The notes below the pieces were generated by a model. The model was given only the letters and a program-made list of their open reading frames with translations. It did not search any database and had not been told where the DNA came from. A stretch of DNA of 64,000 bases from the human T2T-CHM13v2.0 reference genome, Homo sapiens: assembly GCF_009914755.1 (NCBI RefSeq), contig NC_060932.1, one strand, 5' to 3'. A program made the translations under genes and the position numbers. Shown here piece by piece: positions 1-15,104 of this stretch. Position 1 is the first letter of the stretch. The number at the start of each line of letters is the position of its first letter.

Positions 1-546
<546 letters not shown>

Positions 547-1624
547 TAAAACATTTTCATTCAGTTATTTTATTGTGTGCTTTTGTGAACTTTAAGGTAG
601 CCGCAGTTTTTTAAATGTCATTAGGTGGTGTTCAATGATTATATTTATTTTATCAATAAATGGAATGTAAATTAGTAAAACCACTAACATAGAATTAGAG
701 AAGGCTATTCTCAGTAAGTTAACTTTTAATTTACAGCTTTTGTTAGTTAAGTGTATTTTTGTGTATACAGCAAGTCCAAGTTGACAGATTTGAACTTTGT
801 TGAAGTTACTTGAAGACCAGCTTTGATATATAGATAATAATATAATTAATATCTTTTTTATAGTTCTTCCAAAGTGCTTATCTAATCTTAAATAGCTTTT
901 TTCTCTATTGACAACTACTGATTTGCATAGAAATCACTTGTTTTCTAAAAGCTGTAGTTCAAATTTATCATGCAATAAAGCAGATAAATTTTACCTTAAA
1001 TTCATTTTCTCTTCTATATTCAATTTATTTCATAAATATTGAACTTATACATTACTAGGGGCTAGGAACACAGTGTTAGAACAGACAAGTACCTGCCCTC
1101 AAGGAACTTGAGTGGAAGGACATTAAATAATGCCACAGATACCCGTATGATGAACGCAGAGGTGAGTGTTCCTCAGCTGCAGCTTAAAGGGGGACAGCCT
1201 GGGTTTGGGGTCAGGGAAGTTATTTAAGCAAAGCTATGGAAGACAATGGGTTAAGAGTAATGTAAATAGTAGAAGCTGAATGTAGGAAAGACCTAGGTTA
1301 TCTCTGAGGAATTAAAAAACCCACCACACTATAATTGGAGTATAGTGAGAAAAGGATGAAGGAAAATACGGCAGGAGATAGGGGCTATTATAAATGATGA
1401 CAGCACAGTATGTTACTATTACTTATGTTGAAGATGATGAATTTTTTTTTTTAAGCCCAAAGGTTTTTTTCTTGTTTCCCCACTGTTTACCCCTTATAGT
1501 GCAAAACAGATTTCTATTAACTTGTTGTTTGTACTTTTTTGGTGTTCCATGGTAAGTTTAATAATAGCATTATTTTCTTGAAGTTATGACTAATTTTATT
1601 GGTCTCCAATTCAGTATTTTTTAA

Positions 1625-1989
<365 letters not shown>

Positions 1990-2766
1990 CACCATTTTCT
2001 TATAGGTAAATTTTAGTTTGCTTATTCAGTTTAGCTCAAGAATTAAATATGGAATTTTCTGCAGTTGTGATCTATGTATATTCCTGGAGTGTCTAACAAG
2101 TGTTCTGTCAAAGATTAGGAGATTGGTATACCTAAGATTTGAGACATTAAATCTCTAAGTAGATGCTTCGATTTTAAGGTGGAAAATAGAAATTATTTAA
2201 TTGAAGTTGATTGATATCAGATAATAACTTCTTATGTATCCTTTTAGGAAATTCATTGACTTCTGGAATTCTCCTTAATATGTAGGGGGTCTTTGGAAGT
2301 GCACAACTGTTGAGAGTCAGCTAATTGTATTTACTACAGAATAGGACTAGGAAAAGACAAAGATGTTACCTATATGCATATTCCTGTGGGAAAGAAGATA
2401 GTCAATTATAATATTTATTGAAGTTCTCACTCAGACCAAATGTTCTGTAGAAACACCTAGATTGAGTTTCCCCCCAAAATTGTATAAATGATGGAAACTT
2501 ATTGAACAAAATTTTAACATCTCATTTGTCTAGATTTAGGACATCCTCTGCTCTCAGGAACATAGTAGAGTGCTAAGAATCAAGTACATGAGTGTCTGAG
2601 TGGTTAAATATTAGCTGTCACTGCATATTTATGGTATATAATGTAAAACTCACTAAAGCAGTTCTGCTGTTTACTACCTGACTCGCTTGGGATGAGATAC
2701 TTAGCCTGTGTTGTTGTCTGCAAAATAAGGATGTAAAAGCTGGTTGTCATGAGGAGTGAATGAAAT

Positions 2767-2792
2767 TGTGTGTGTGTGTGTGTATGTGTGTG
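2767..2792. repeat. (TG)n microsatellite within a MIR remnant
   Basis: tgtgtgtgtgtgtgtgtatgtgtgtg. Confidence 0.9.
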
Positions 2793-4313
2793 CTTTGTAC
2801 TCCATAAAGCAGTGTACAGATTAAAAGAGGCTTATGTTTAAATGTGTTTCCTAATTAGAAGAAGTGAGGAGCATCTGCTAGGGATGTTGACTCAGTGCAC
2901 ATTTGTCTTGGCTATCTTACTTCTCAAATTGGGGCAAATAAAATGGTGGTAAGTTTGAAAAAACAAAGATTAGTAGTAGAAGACACACTAATAATAATTA
3001 TTTATTATTTCCCTTCTCTCTGGTACCAAAAAATGGTTTTTACAGACTAGGAAGCTGGGACTTGTAAGTGTTATGTGACTTGCCCAATACTTCCTACCTG
3101 TGAGAGGCTAGACAAGGACAAAAACTCATGTTTCTTCCACATTTAAACTTAATACTCCCTGTGATAAACTATGCTGTGAATTTTAAACAGTGAAGGCTTC
3201 AGGATAAGCTACCTCACATAGCAAATCTCATTCTCCAGCATTGCCTCATAGACACACACCCGGTAATAGCATATCATTTGTATTTTGGACTTTTAAAGAT
3301 TCATAAATTTTTTTATTTAAAAAACTGTACAGTAATTTAGTTCTCATCATCATTTTATCATTTAGCATTTTACGGTGTTCGCGGGGAAGGGCCTTGACGT
3401 GGCAACACCGCTTCTTAACTAACGCTTCCCCTCTCACACCTACTAACCCCTCACCCCTCGAGTCCACTGTTATTTCCTTCACTTTCAATAGGCTGTCATT
3501 AAATTCTCCTTCCCCATTATCAGTGCCACTGCTTCTTCTCTTCCATGTTCACAGTCTTACTTTTAGAGCTGTTTAGTCATCCTACCTATGCTGGTTTCTC
3601 CATAGCCTTTGAATTCTGTGTTTGATACTTTTGAACAGAACATCTAAAAGCTCCCTTTCTGTATTCCAACACTCATAGGGTGATTCTCATTAAGAAAACA
3701 AAACCAAAAATTGAGCTCAGACTAAAGGAATTCTTTTTTGACTAAATAGTGATTAAGTTATGATATTCCTGTTGGCCTAAGAACAATGCCTATGATTTAG
3801 TTGTGTTATGTATATTTGTACTTATAACCAAACAATCGATTGGGTACAAGTAGCCTTAGGGCAATACTTCCTTAAAAACATGTTTCTGATAAACTAAAGC
3901 TTTAGCATTAACCAGAAGTCATAATTTAATAGTATTGTAAAAATACCTCATTTATTTTAAATCCTGTGTTGGGTAGAGGATTACAGTTGTCATTTCAAAT
4001 ACATGAATCTCTTGTCAAAAGAGTACTTTGACAGTTTCATGGTAAGACCCCTTCATATACTACCTCAAGGAGTGAGATTTTTATTGTGCATGTTGTTTGG
4101 ATGTATGGGGTTGGAGAGGTAGGTTGAGCCTAAAATTTCCTAATTACTTTACTCTTTTACGTGTTTCTTATTGCAAAGGCAAGAAATTGTTTTCAAGTTT
4201 GTCATTACTAATAACAAAGAGATCTTTTTGTTTTTTGGCAGTGGTGAGGATGAGATTGATGGAGTTGCTGCTTTAGCTTATTGGAGGTGTGGATCATTTT
4301 ATTTTTTGTGTTT

Positions 4314-4417
4314 GACCGGTCAAGTGACTTAGTGAGAAGGGGGAAGTAGTAGAACAAGGAGTTCCATCTGTAACTGTGAACAGTCAATTGTGATAACTCA
4401 CTACCTTTAGACCAGTC
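4314..4417 (-). pseudogene. Y1 RNA (RNY1) retropseudogene
   Basis: Reverse complement gactggtctaaaggtagtgagttatcacaattgactgttcacagttacagatggaactccttgttctac...cttctcactaagtcacttgaccggtc aligns end to end with recalled hY1; degenerate A-tail appears as T-rich 4296-4313 on +. Confidence 0.92.
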
Positions 4418-4559
4418 AATAATTATTTTAAAGCCTGGGATTATACAATATTTGTTTAACTATGGTATCAATTTGTAACTTAAATTCATCTCAATTCTTT
4501 GTCCTAAGCAGCTCTCAGTTTCATTTTTTTTGTTTGCTGTAGAAGAAAATATTAAGCCA

Positions 4560-4852
<293 letters not shown>

Positions 4853-5309
4853 GAAATATTAAGGCAGAATAATGCAGCACGTTGATGTCACATAAAAATA
4901 AAGCACAGAGTTCAAAGTTTTTTTTGTTTAACTGCATAGCAAAGAGTAATGTGAAAGATAATTTTTAGATTTTAGAAAAAAGTAATACAGAGATTTTTCC
5001 ATCTTGGTTTCAGGCTTTACCATTTCATCGTTTTACATTGGCACATACTCATGCCAATATTCCATTCTCGTGACCTGTAGCTGTAGCCTCAACTTTAGAA
5101 GGAATGTTGAAAAGGCAAGAAAAGATCTTAAGGAAAGATAAATAGTGTGATTTTCGGACTTTACCAATACATTTAATGGTGTATGTGGGATTCCTAGGAG
5201 GAATCAAAACACAGGGAAATGACTTATAAGAATTTATGAAGTATGAGCCTTGATTCCCTTGACCATCTTTAACTTGAACAGTGACATTCTAGATTGTTCT
5301 TGTTTTCAG

Positions 5310-5377
5310 AGTACATCCAAGCCATTATGATGATGGAGGAATCTGTTCAACATGTTGTCATGACAGCCATTCAAGAG
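5310..5377 (+). CDS. HOOK3: HOOK3 exon 6 (68 nt): (E)YIQAIMMMEESVQHVVMTAIQE, end of the Hook domain
   Basis: ttgttttcag|AGTAC...CAAGAG|gtatgt. Confidence 0.97.
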
Positions 5378-5611
5378 GTATGTTGGAGCTTCATGCTTAT
5401 AGTTTATGAAAAATTAAAGGAGTAAACATGAGTATGAATAATACAAGTGGAAAATTTTAAGAGATTCTCCTCATTTTTAAAGAGTTTTTACTTTGCATTT
5501 ATGATATAGCTTTTCTTGTTTTTATTCTAAAAAATCATACTCATTTAAATTTTCCAATTTTATTTAAATCTTAAACATTTATTTTGCAGGTATAGATATA
5601 ACTATTCCTAA

Positions 5612-6386
<775 letters not shown>

Positions 6387-6581
6387 CTAGATGAATATTT
6401 ACGTTTTAAATGTAAAACATAAAACTGTAAAAGTAAAAGTAAAACAGAGACTAATAGCTGGTCAAGTTCAGGATGTGAGAATGTTTTTAATCATAAAAGC
6501 AGTGGAAGAAACCCTTAAGAGAAATAGAAAAGCGTATGCAGGACATGAATATGCACCTAACATAGAAAAATACAGAAGACA

Positions 6582-6870
6582 GGCTGGGTGCGGTGGCCTC
6601 ACACCTGTAATCCCAGCAGTTTGGGAGGCCGAGGCAGGCGGATCACGAGGTCAAGAGATTGAGACCATCCTGGCCAACATGGTGAAACTTCGTCTGTACT
6701 AAAAATACAAAAATTATCTGGGCATGGTGGCACATGCCTGTAGTCCCAGCTTCTCGGGAGGCTGAGGCAGGAAAATTGCTTGAACTTAGGAGGCAGAGGT
6801 TGGAGTGAGTTGAGATCGCACCACTGTACTCCAGCGTGGCGACAGCGAGACTCCGTCTCAAAAAAAAAAA
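6582..6870 (+). mobile_element. Alu (Sc-like)
   Basis: Full dimer with poly-A. Confidence 0.92.
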
Positions 6871-6944
6871 GAAAAATACAAAAGAAAAACATGAAAAATA
6901 TTCAATTAAATGCAAATTAAGATGAAATTGTGCTTAAAAAATCT

Positions 6945-7600
6945 TGCAATGACTTCTGACACCAACTACCCAAAGTTGGGCCAAACTTCACAGATTTAAA
7001 GGCATCATTCTCCACAGACTGCCCACAGTTCAGACACCAGCTCCAGGCTCAGGGGTCTCCAGGCCACCCTGTCATCTGACCAACTGCCTACAAATTCAAG
7101 GATTCCCACTATCCTTGTACATTGTGTAATTTACTAGAACAACTCACAGAAGTCAGGAATGATAACAGCTTTATTACAGCAAATGGATACAAATCAAATT
7201 AAATGCGTTTCTGGATTGTTAAGTTTCTGTTAAACCAAAAAATGCATAGGGTGAGGTCAGGGAAGGTCCCAAATGCAGTTTTGTTTTGTCCCCACCCCAT
7301 GGTAGCAATATGCAGAGTATTGCCAACCAGAGAAGCTTACCTGAGCCTTTATATCCAGATTCTTTGTTGGGGTTTCATTACATGGGTATGTTTGATTGAA
7401 TCAGTGACCATGATGTCCAAATCAATTTTCAGCCTCCTTTGTTTCCCAGAGGTCAGGCCGATAACAAAGCCCCAACCTTCTAATCACATGATTGGTCTTT
7501 CTGGAGTGGCCAGCTGCCATCTGGAGTCATCTCCTTAGCTTAAACTATCTAAGGGCCCACTGTGAATAGCAAAGACAACTCCTATCTCTAGGGAAATTCT
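6945..7600 (-). mobile_element. MER21-family LTR
   Basis: cttctgacaccaactacc...cagacaccagc...ctagaacaactcacagaa...ctaatcacatgattggtctttctgg, matching recalled MER21 consensus. Confidence 0.8.
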
Positions 7601-7709
7601 TTATTACCCAGCAAAGCTTTTAAAGAGTTCATTGGTTTAGCAGTCAGCACTGATGGCAGGAATGCAAACTGGTATATCTTTTAAAAATGTTATCCCCTTT
7701 TATATCATA

Positions 7710-8130
7710 TAAGATTAGATTGGTCATGTTAAAATACCAAAACTACAGTTACCCAAGCAAGATATGAGTTTAATTTGCTCTCAAGTGGTCCTGGGTTGGT
7801 GTGGAGGCTCTATAGTCATCAGGAACCCAACTTTCTTCCATCTTGCTGCTGTGCCGTTCTTAATACATGATTCCCAGCTAGTGGTGCAGTGCTGGCTTTC
7901 ATGTTTATATTTCTAGCCGGCAGAAAGGATTGAGGAAAGAGTTATCCACCTCCTGCAAGTAGATTTGCAGGAATTCTCACTCCTGTTAGCCAGATATTAC
8001 CCACCTAGCCACATGGGGGAGTCTGGGAAATGGGGTCCTTATTCTAGATAGTCATGGACCCAACCAAAATTCCAGGCTTCTGTTACTAAGCAAGAGCAGG
8101 GAAAAGAATAAGAGGACCGCCAACCATTCT
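7710..8130 (-). mobile_element. Old MLT1 (MaLR) LTR remnant
   Basis: gtcatcaggaacccaactttcttccatcttgctgct...gagtctgggaaatg. Confidence 0.6.
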
Positions 8131-8206
8131 GCCTTAGTGTAGTTGATCCTGTAATTCTACTTTTAGGAGTTTATCCTAAAAAAAAAAAAAAAAAAAGTAA
8201 AATACG

Positions 8207-8527
<321 letters not shown>

Positions 8528-9559
8528 TCATAACAAGCATTTATCTAGCATCTACTATATACTAGATTGGGCTGTGAGTAAGCAATTTCCATTTGTTAGC
8601 AAATTCCATTTAAATTTCTGTACACTTGCAAGTAATGCCTCTGAATTTATACTTAAAGTGGTTAAAATGGCAATTTTTGTTAGGTATATTTATCACAATA
8701 TAAAGGAAAATTCACTACAATCCTGTGAGGTGTATATTATTGTCTTCATTTTATAAAAAGAAACAGAGAGTTTGAGTAACTTGCTCAGGTTCGCATAGAA
8801 GTAGTGACCGAGATAGCACTCAGGTCTAAGCAGTGCAGAGCCCATACCTACAACCATTGTGCCGTATCCCTTCAATATAGTGTGCTTCAGTATTATTTCC
8901 TAGTACTGAAGCATTAGAAATAACTACCCAGTAGTAGGGCAATGGATAAATAAATTATGGTATACTAGTATACTGGCATATTACATAGGCATTGAAGCAT
9001 ATCTTTGAAAAATATTTAATGACATAAGGGAAAGCTCATATTAGGTTTAAAAAGGTAGATAGAAAGCACATGAACAATATTATGATCCCATTTCTGTCAA
9101 AAATAAAAATTAAGATGAGGGAAAACAAATAAACTTGCTTAATGTTAACTCTCCAAATAGCTGAATTTTCTTTACCCTTTTCTATATTTTTAAATTTTTC
9201 TATAATAACAGGTGGTATATCTATAACCAGGAATGTTTTTTAAATTAAATCTGTGACCAAGTGACTTTCTATGAACCTATCCCAAAGAATTATTTAAAAA
9301 CTCAGACCAAGACTGGACACAACAATGTTTATCAAACTATTTTATATTAACAGAAATATGAAAACAATGTATATCCATTAGTAAGCTAGTGTTTAAATTG
9401 TGGTATGTCCATATGATGGAATATTACATAGTTGATAAAAATGTGTAAAAGGGTATCTTAGGACAGAAGGAAAAATTTTAAATGTCAAATGACCAGAACA
9501 AGATATAAAGTTGTATGTAAAAGAGAATCCAAATTAGATTTTTAATATGTCTATTATTT

Positions 9560-9760
9560 GCATATTCATTTAGCAAATACTTATTGAGTACCCAGTATGT
9601 ACCAAGCACTGTAGTCAGCACTAGGGATACAACCATGAAAAAGATAGACATGGTCTCTTTCCTCACAAAGCATAAGTCTCATAGGAGATGCTGGAAGAGA
9701 TGGAGTTGAAAGCACAGTTGGGGATTAGCCTTGGGTGAGAAGAAGAGCCCTTGTGTTGTA
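9560..9760 (-). mobile_element. L2 3' end
   Basis: attcatttagcaaatacttattgagtacc...gcactagggatac. Confidence 0.7.
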
Positions 9761-10046
9761 ACAGAAATGAAGAAAGGAAGGGGTGGGCATGCCTGTCACT
9801 AAGTTTGTAAATTAGGGTAGGGGAAATTCTTATCTGAAGGCAAGATAGTCTGATGATGAGTGTGGGTGAGTTGGTGAGGTTCGAGAAGCAGGAACAGTGT
9901 GGAATAATCTCTGATGAAAATGAGGCTGCTGGCTGGGGAAAACAGCTCTGCTTTTTGAGTAGCACTGAAGGCCCAGTTGAGATTGGGAACTTTATTAATA
10001 GTGACACCAGTTTTGTGGTTTTTAAATTTCTTTTACCCTCTCAATA

Positions 10047-10303
10047 CAGTTGACCCTTAAACAACACAGGTCTACTTTTATGCAGGTTTGTATTGCACAG
10101 GTCTACTTTTGTGCAGTTCTTTTTTTACAACCAAACACAGATGGAATATACAGTCTTTGCAGGATGTGAAACTCACATGTACAGAGACCAACTTTTCACA
10201 TAGGGAGGTTCTGCAGGGCTGCCTGTGGGTCTTGAGTGTGTGTGCATGTTGGTATATGCCTGAGTCCTACAACTAGTTCCCCATCTATACCGTGGGATGA
10301 CTT
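10047..10303 (-). mobile_element. MER8 (TcMar-Tigger MITE)
   Basis: TA|cagttgacccttaaacaacac...cttgagtgtgtgtgcatgttggtata...ataccgtgggatgact. Confidence 0.8.
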
Positions 10304-10782
10304 TAGCAGTCAGGGTATAGGTAGCATATAGGCAGTTGTAGCTGGATTAATCTTGGATTGAGATTTTTGCCAGTAAGAAAAAATGAGGTAAGAGGAGAGT
10401 AGAGAATATTGACAAAAGTCATAGAAAGACATGAAATCTAGAGAAAATAATTGATTAAACAAATGAACCTAGGAATCGAAAGTAGGGAGGGGGCAATGGT
10501 AGACAATGTTAGCAGAAGAAACAGGAGTAAACTTCAGGCAGGCAAAATCAACTGCGTTCACTATCAAGTCTGAGCTAAGTGAGGAAGAAAGTGAAATGAT
10601 GGGCTAAGACTGAAAGACAAGAAGAAAGTACAGAGGGGTGGGGCCTAGAAGTCTTCCTGATGTTGAGGAACAGATAAAATTTAATGAGAGGCCTACAATG
10701 AGAGATGGTTGTGCTCAGAGTAGGATACCTAGATTTTTATTGAGAGCTGTTGCTGGAATCACAAGATCTCAACAGTACATCC

Positions 10783-10954
10783 TTTTGCCTCTTTTTCTTT
10801 TAAGAGATGTGGTCTTGTTACATCGCCCAGGCTAGAGTGCAGTGGCTATTCCCAGGTGTGATCACAGTATTCTCCAACTCCTGGGCTCAAGCATTCCATC
10901 CACCCCAGCCTCCCGAGTAGCTGGAACTAAAGGATGCTTACCACCACACCCAGT
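10783..10954 (-). mobile_element. FAM (fossil Alu monomer, 7SL-derived)
   Basis: Retains the 7SL-type gtgcagtggctattc-caggtgtgatc segment that dimeric Alus lack; tacatcc direct repeat at 10776-10782 and 10957-10963. Confidence 0.8.
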
Positions 10955-11143
10955 TATACATCCCCACATTACTGATTGTCCCTCTCCCTTTTGTCTTTAA
11001 AACAGAATATAAGAAGGAAACAACAGAAGACTGGGGCCATTTGAGTCTCTCCCTGACAGTTGTCATAACCAGAATTCTGTTCCCTTCTCCCCAGAGATCC
11101 GGAAGATCTCTGGATCTTCTCTCTTTGCAACATAAGGATTAGG

Positions 11144-11145
<2 letters not shown>

Positions 11146-11189
<44 letters not shown>
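11146..11189. repeat. (GT)~22 pure microsatellite
   Basis: Uninterrupted GT repeat. Confidence 0.97.
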
Positions 11190-11192
<3 letters not shown>

Positions 11193-11404
11193 CATTAAAC
11201 ATTAGCCAGTAATTTTCGCTAATACTGATGTTGTCCACATTTATTCTTTAGAAATAAATAGTATTGCTATTTTTAGTGAGAAGCCACTATTTTTAAGTAT
11301 GTAGCCACATTTTAATTTTAATGATTTGTCATTTTTGTGATAAGAATAAGTAATACTAGATTCTTATTACTAGGCTTGCGGTGAAAATGAGCATCAGAAT
11401 TTAG

Positions 11405-11805
<401 letters not shown>

Positions 11806-12017
11806 AGCCCTCTAATTTTAAATGAAGGCATTATTCTGGAGTGGGGACAAAAAAAGTTCCGGACTCAGAAGCTTTAATGCAAAGTGTTTTACATGCATGT
11901 TTTCATTTTAATTTTTATATTTCTATAGTGGCTGGGTATTCATTTTCTTATGTTAAGTATTTTATGTAGAATGTCTTTTTTGCCTCATAGTTATAATCAT
12001 TTAAATCTTGATTTCAG

Positions 12018-12080
12018 CTGATGAGTAAAGAATCTCCTGTCTCTGCTGGAAATGATGCCTATGTTGACCTTGATCGTCAG
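12018..12080 (+). CDS. HOOK3: HOOK3 exon 7 (63 nt): LMSKESPVSAGNDAYVDLDRQ
   Basis: gatttcag|CTGATG...CGTCAG|gtatat; phase 0-0. Confidence 0.97.
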
Positions 12081-12739
12081 GTATATAATTTTACATTGTT
12101 TTTATTCATGAAAAGGTTGAAAAGGATAAGCATCAGATGTTAATGAGAAGAATGGGTTAAAATTGCTTTTTATTATATTGGTTTAATTCTTTATATTTTA
12201 CCTAAAATTTTAAGAACATAAGCTGTTTTACTAGTGGAATTTACACATTTATAATTAAGTTTATAATTTGTAATAAAATGCATTTGCAATTAAAATGCTG
12301 TTGCATAACCTACTTTGAAATAGGTTAATTTTTTTAGTTTATTGTGACTCCTGTTTTCTAGTCATGAATTTTTATTTTTCTGTTAGTGATATCAGTGTGC
12401 CACATTTAACACAATAGATGTTACAGCTTATGATTATATGAATCATAAGAATAAGTTCATGTCATTTTCTTGTAAAATGAAATATACAGTTGTCATTTTC
12501 TTGGAAAATGACATGTCAAATTCCTGGAAAATGACATGAATTTATTTTTATGGTTTGTATATAATGCAAAAGATACTTACCTTTTATTTCTTTTCGTCAG
12601 TTGAAGATGTCTTCTCGATCCCACCCCTCATTTCTGTAAAGTAGTGAATAATTAAATGCTCTAAGAACTACTGTATTTTTAAAGGAATCCCGCAATGTAT
12701 TTTTGTGATTTTAACAGAAAAGTTACTTTGTACTTTTAA

Positions 12740-13055
<316 letters not shown>

Positions 13056-13520
13056 TAAATATCGCTTCTTAATGAAGTGTTAATTACATTGTCAGGTTCT
13101 GTGTTCAAGCTATTTTGTACATCTCATGCAATACATGAATAGAAATCTTTGTATTCTTTGACTTCTTTCACTTCCTTCTTTCTAAATGTTTTGCAGGAAA
13201 ATCTTTGGACATGTTGCAATTTTAACCCAAGCTTTAATTTTTTTTTATCTACCACACAGAGGTTTGGTCACATGAAATGAAGAGACAATAAAATTTTCTT
13301 TTAATCAATTTTTTTTCATACTTTGCTAATTTAGAGTTTATATAGTAATGAGATACAACTCAGGAATGTTTGGTTTATGTTGAGAGTAAACAAATTTTTT
13401 AACGGTGCTGTACAAAATTAACATAAGGTTTTTTGCTTCAGTAATATTTTTGTTTTCTTAATCTCAGGAGATGCAAAATTTTCGTCGTATTCTAACTATT
13501 TTCACAACAGTTTTTGATAG

Positions 13521-13695
13521 TTTTTTTTTTTTTTTTTTTTTTTAAGTTCTGAGATACCTGTGCAGAATGTGCAGGTTTGTTACATAGGTACACATGTGCC
13601 ATGGTGGTTTGCTGTACCTATCAACCCATCATCTAGGTTTTAAGGCCAACACTCATTAGGTATTTGTCCTAATGCTATCCCTCCCCTTGCCTTGC
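13521..13695 (-). mobile_element. L1PA 3'-end fragment with poly-A tail
   Basis: polyT then aagttctgagatacctgtgcagaatgtgcaggtttgttacatagg...ctaatgctatccctcccc. Confidence 0.9.
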
Positions 13696-14154
13696 CATAA
13701 GGTTTTAATATGACTCTCCTTCCCCCACCCCCCAGCATAAGGTTTTAATATAACGAAAACACTTGTGTTGAAATGTTCTAGCTGCATATTTTAACAATTA
13801 AAATCCCTATTCCCCTAGCACATACATATTTTATGAAGGTAAAATTTCTCAGTTATTAAAGAATTATCCTTACCAAGAACCAGGTAGTGTAGATCAAAAA
13901 AGACGCATAAGAAAACTTGATATGGGGAATGAGCCAAATTCAAAGGACAGAAAAATCAAGACTTAGAGTAAAAGAAATTAATTTAAAGTTAAAAGTGCTG
14001 TGTTTGTACTCTTCCACAGGATTCTTGATTTCCTCTTGCACCCTTCCCTCTTCAGGAAAGACAGGGGGGAGATGTTTTAATTCTGTGTTGAACATACGAA
14101 TTATTAATTGTTACCACTTCATATTAAAATGTTTATCTCTTTGTTTCTAACCAG

Positions 14155-14238
14155 CTGAAGAAAACTACAGAGGAACTAAATGAAGCTTTGTCAGCAAAGG
14201 AAGAAATTGCTCAAAGATGCCATGAACTGGATATGCAG
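14155..14238 (+). CDS. HOOK3: HOOK3 exon 8 (84 nt): LKKTTEELNEALSAKEEIAQRCHELDMQ
   Basis: ttctaaccag|CTGAAG...ATGCAG|gtaaga; phase 0-0. Confidence 0.97.
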
Positions 14239-14350
14239 GTAAGAGATTTGTTCTGTGCACCACCTCTTTGAAACATACCACTGTAAATACCACCAAATGT
14301 GCTGTGTACTGTCATACAGTACATCTTAACTATAACGCAACCCTTTTTTA

Positions 14351-14731
<381 letters not shown>

Positions 14732-15104
14732 TTATTTGTCTGGAATTTACTTTGACTAAAGAGGGGGACATACATGGGAGACATAGTTGGCCATGTTTTG
14801 ATACTTGTTAAAACTGGGTTATGCATATGTAGAGTTCATAATACTTGGTAATAGAAGAGGCATTTTGCTTTGAAAGGCATATGAGTTGGTCATTGCATTG
14901 GATGCATATTGAAGAAGGTAATCACATCACACTTGTTGGGTTATCTAGGAAATAATATTTACAAAGTCGTAATGTAAGTGCCATTAATTGCATTTCAGAT
15001 TTTAGAATTTATATACAAATGCTAAGAGTTATACTAATAAGATTTCATTATTTTTATAAGCAGAATATAAGTATCTTTAGTAATATAAAATTAAATTTGT
15101 ATAC

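Noticed and set aside
12573-12582. ATACTTACCT (U1 snRNA 5' end / antisense perfect donor), also at 30620-30629
   Set aside because: No continuation into U1 sequence and no supporting antisense exon; a 10-mer in AT-rich DNA can occur by chance.
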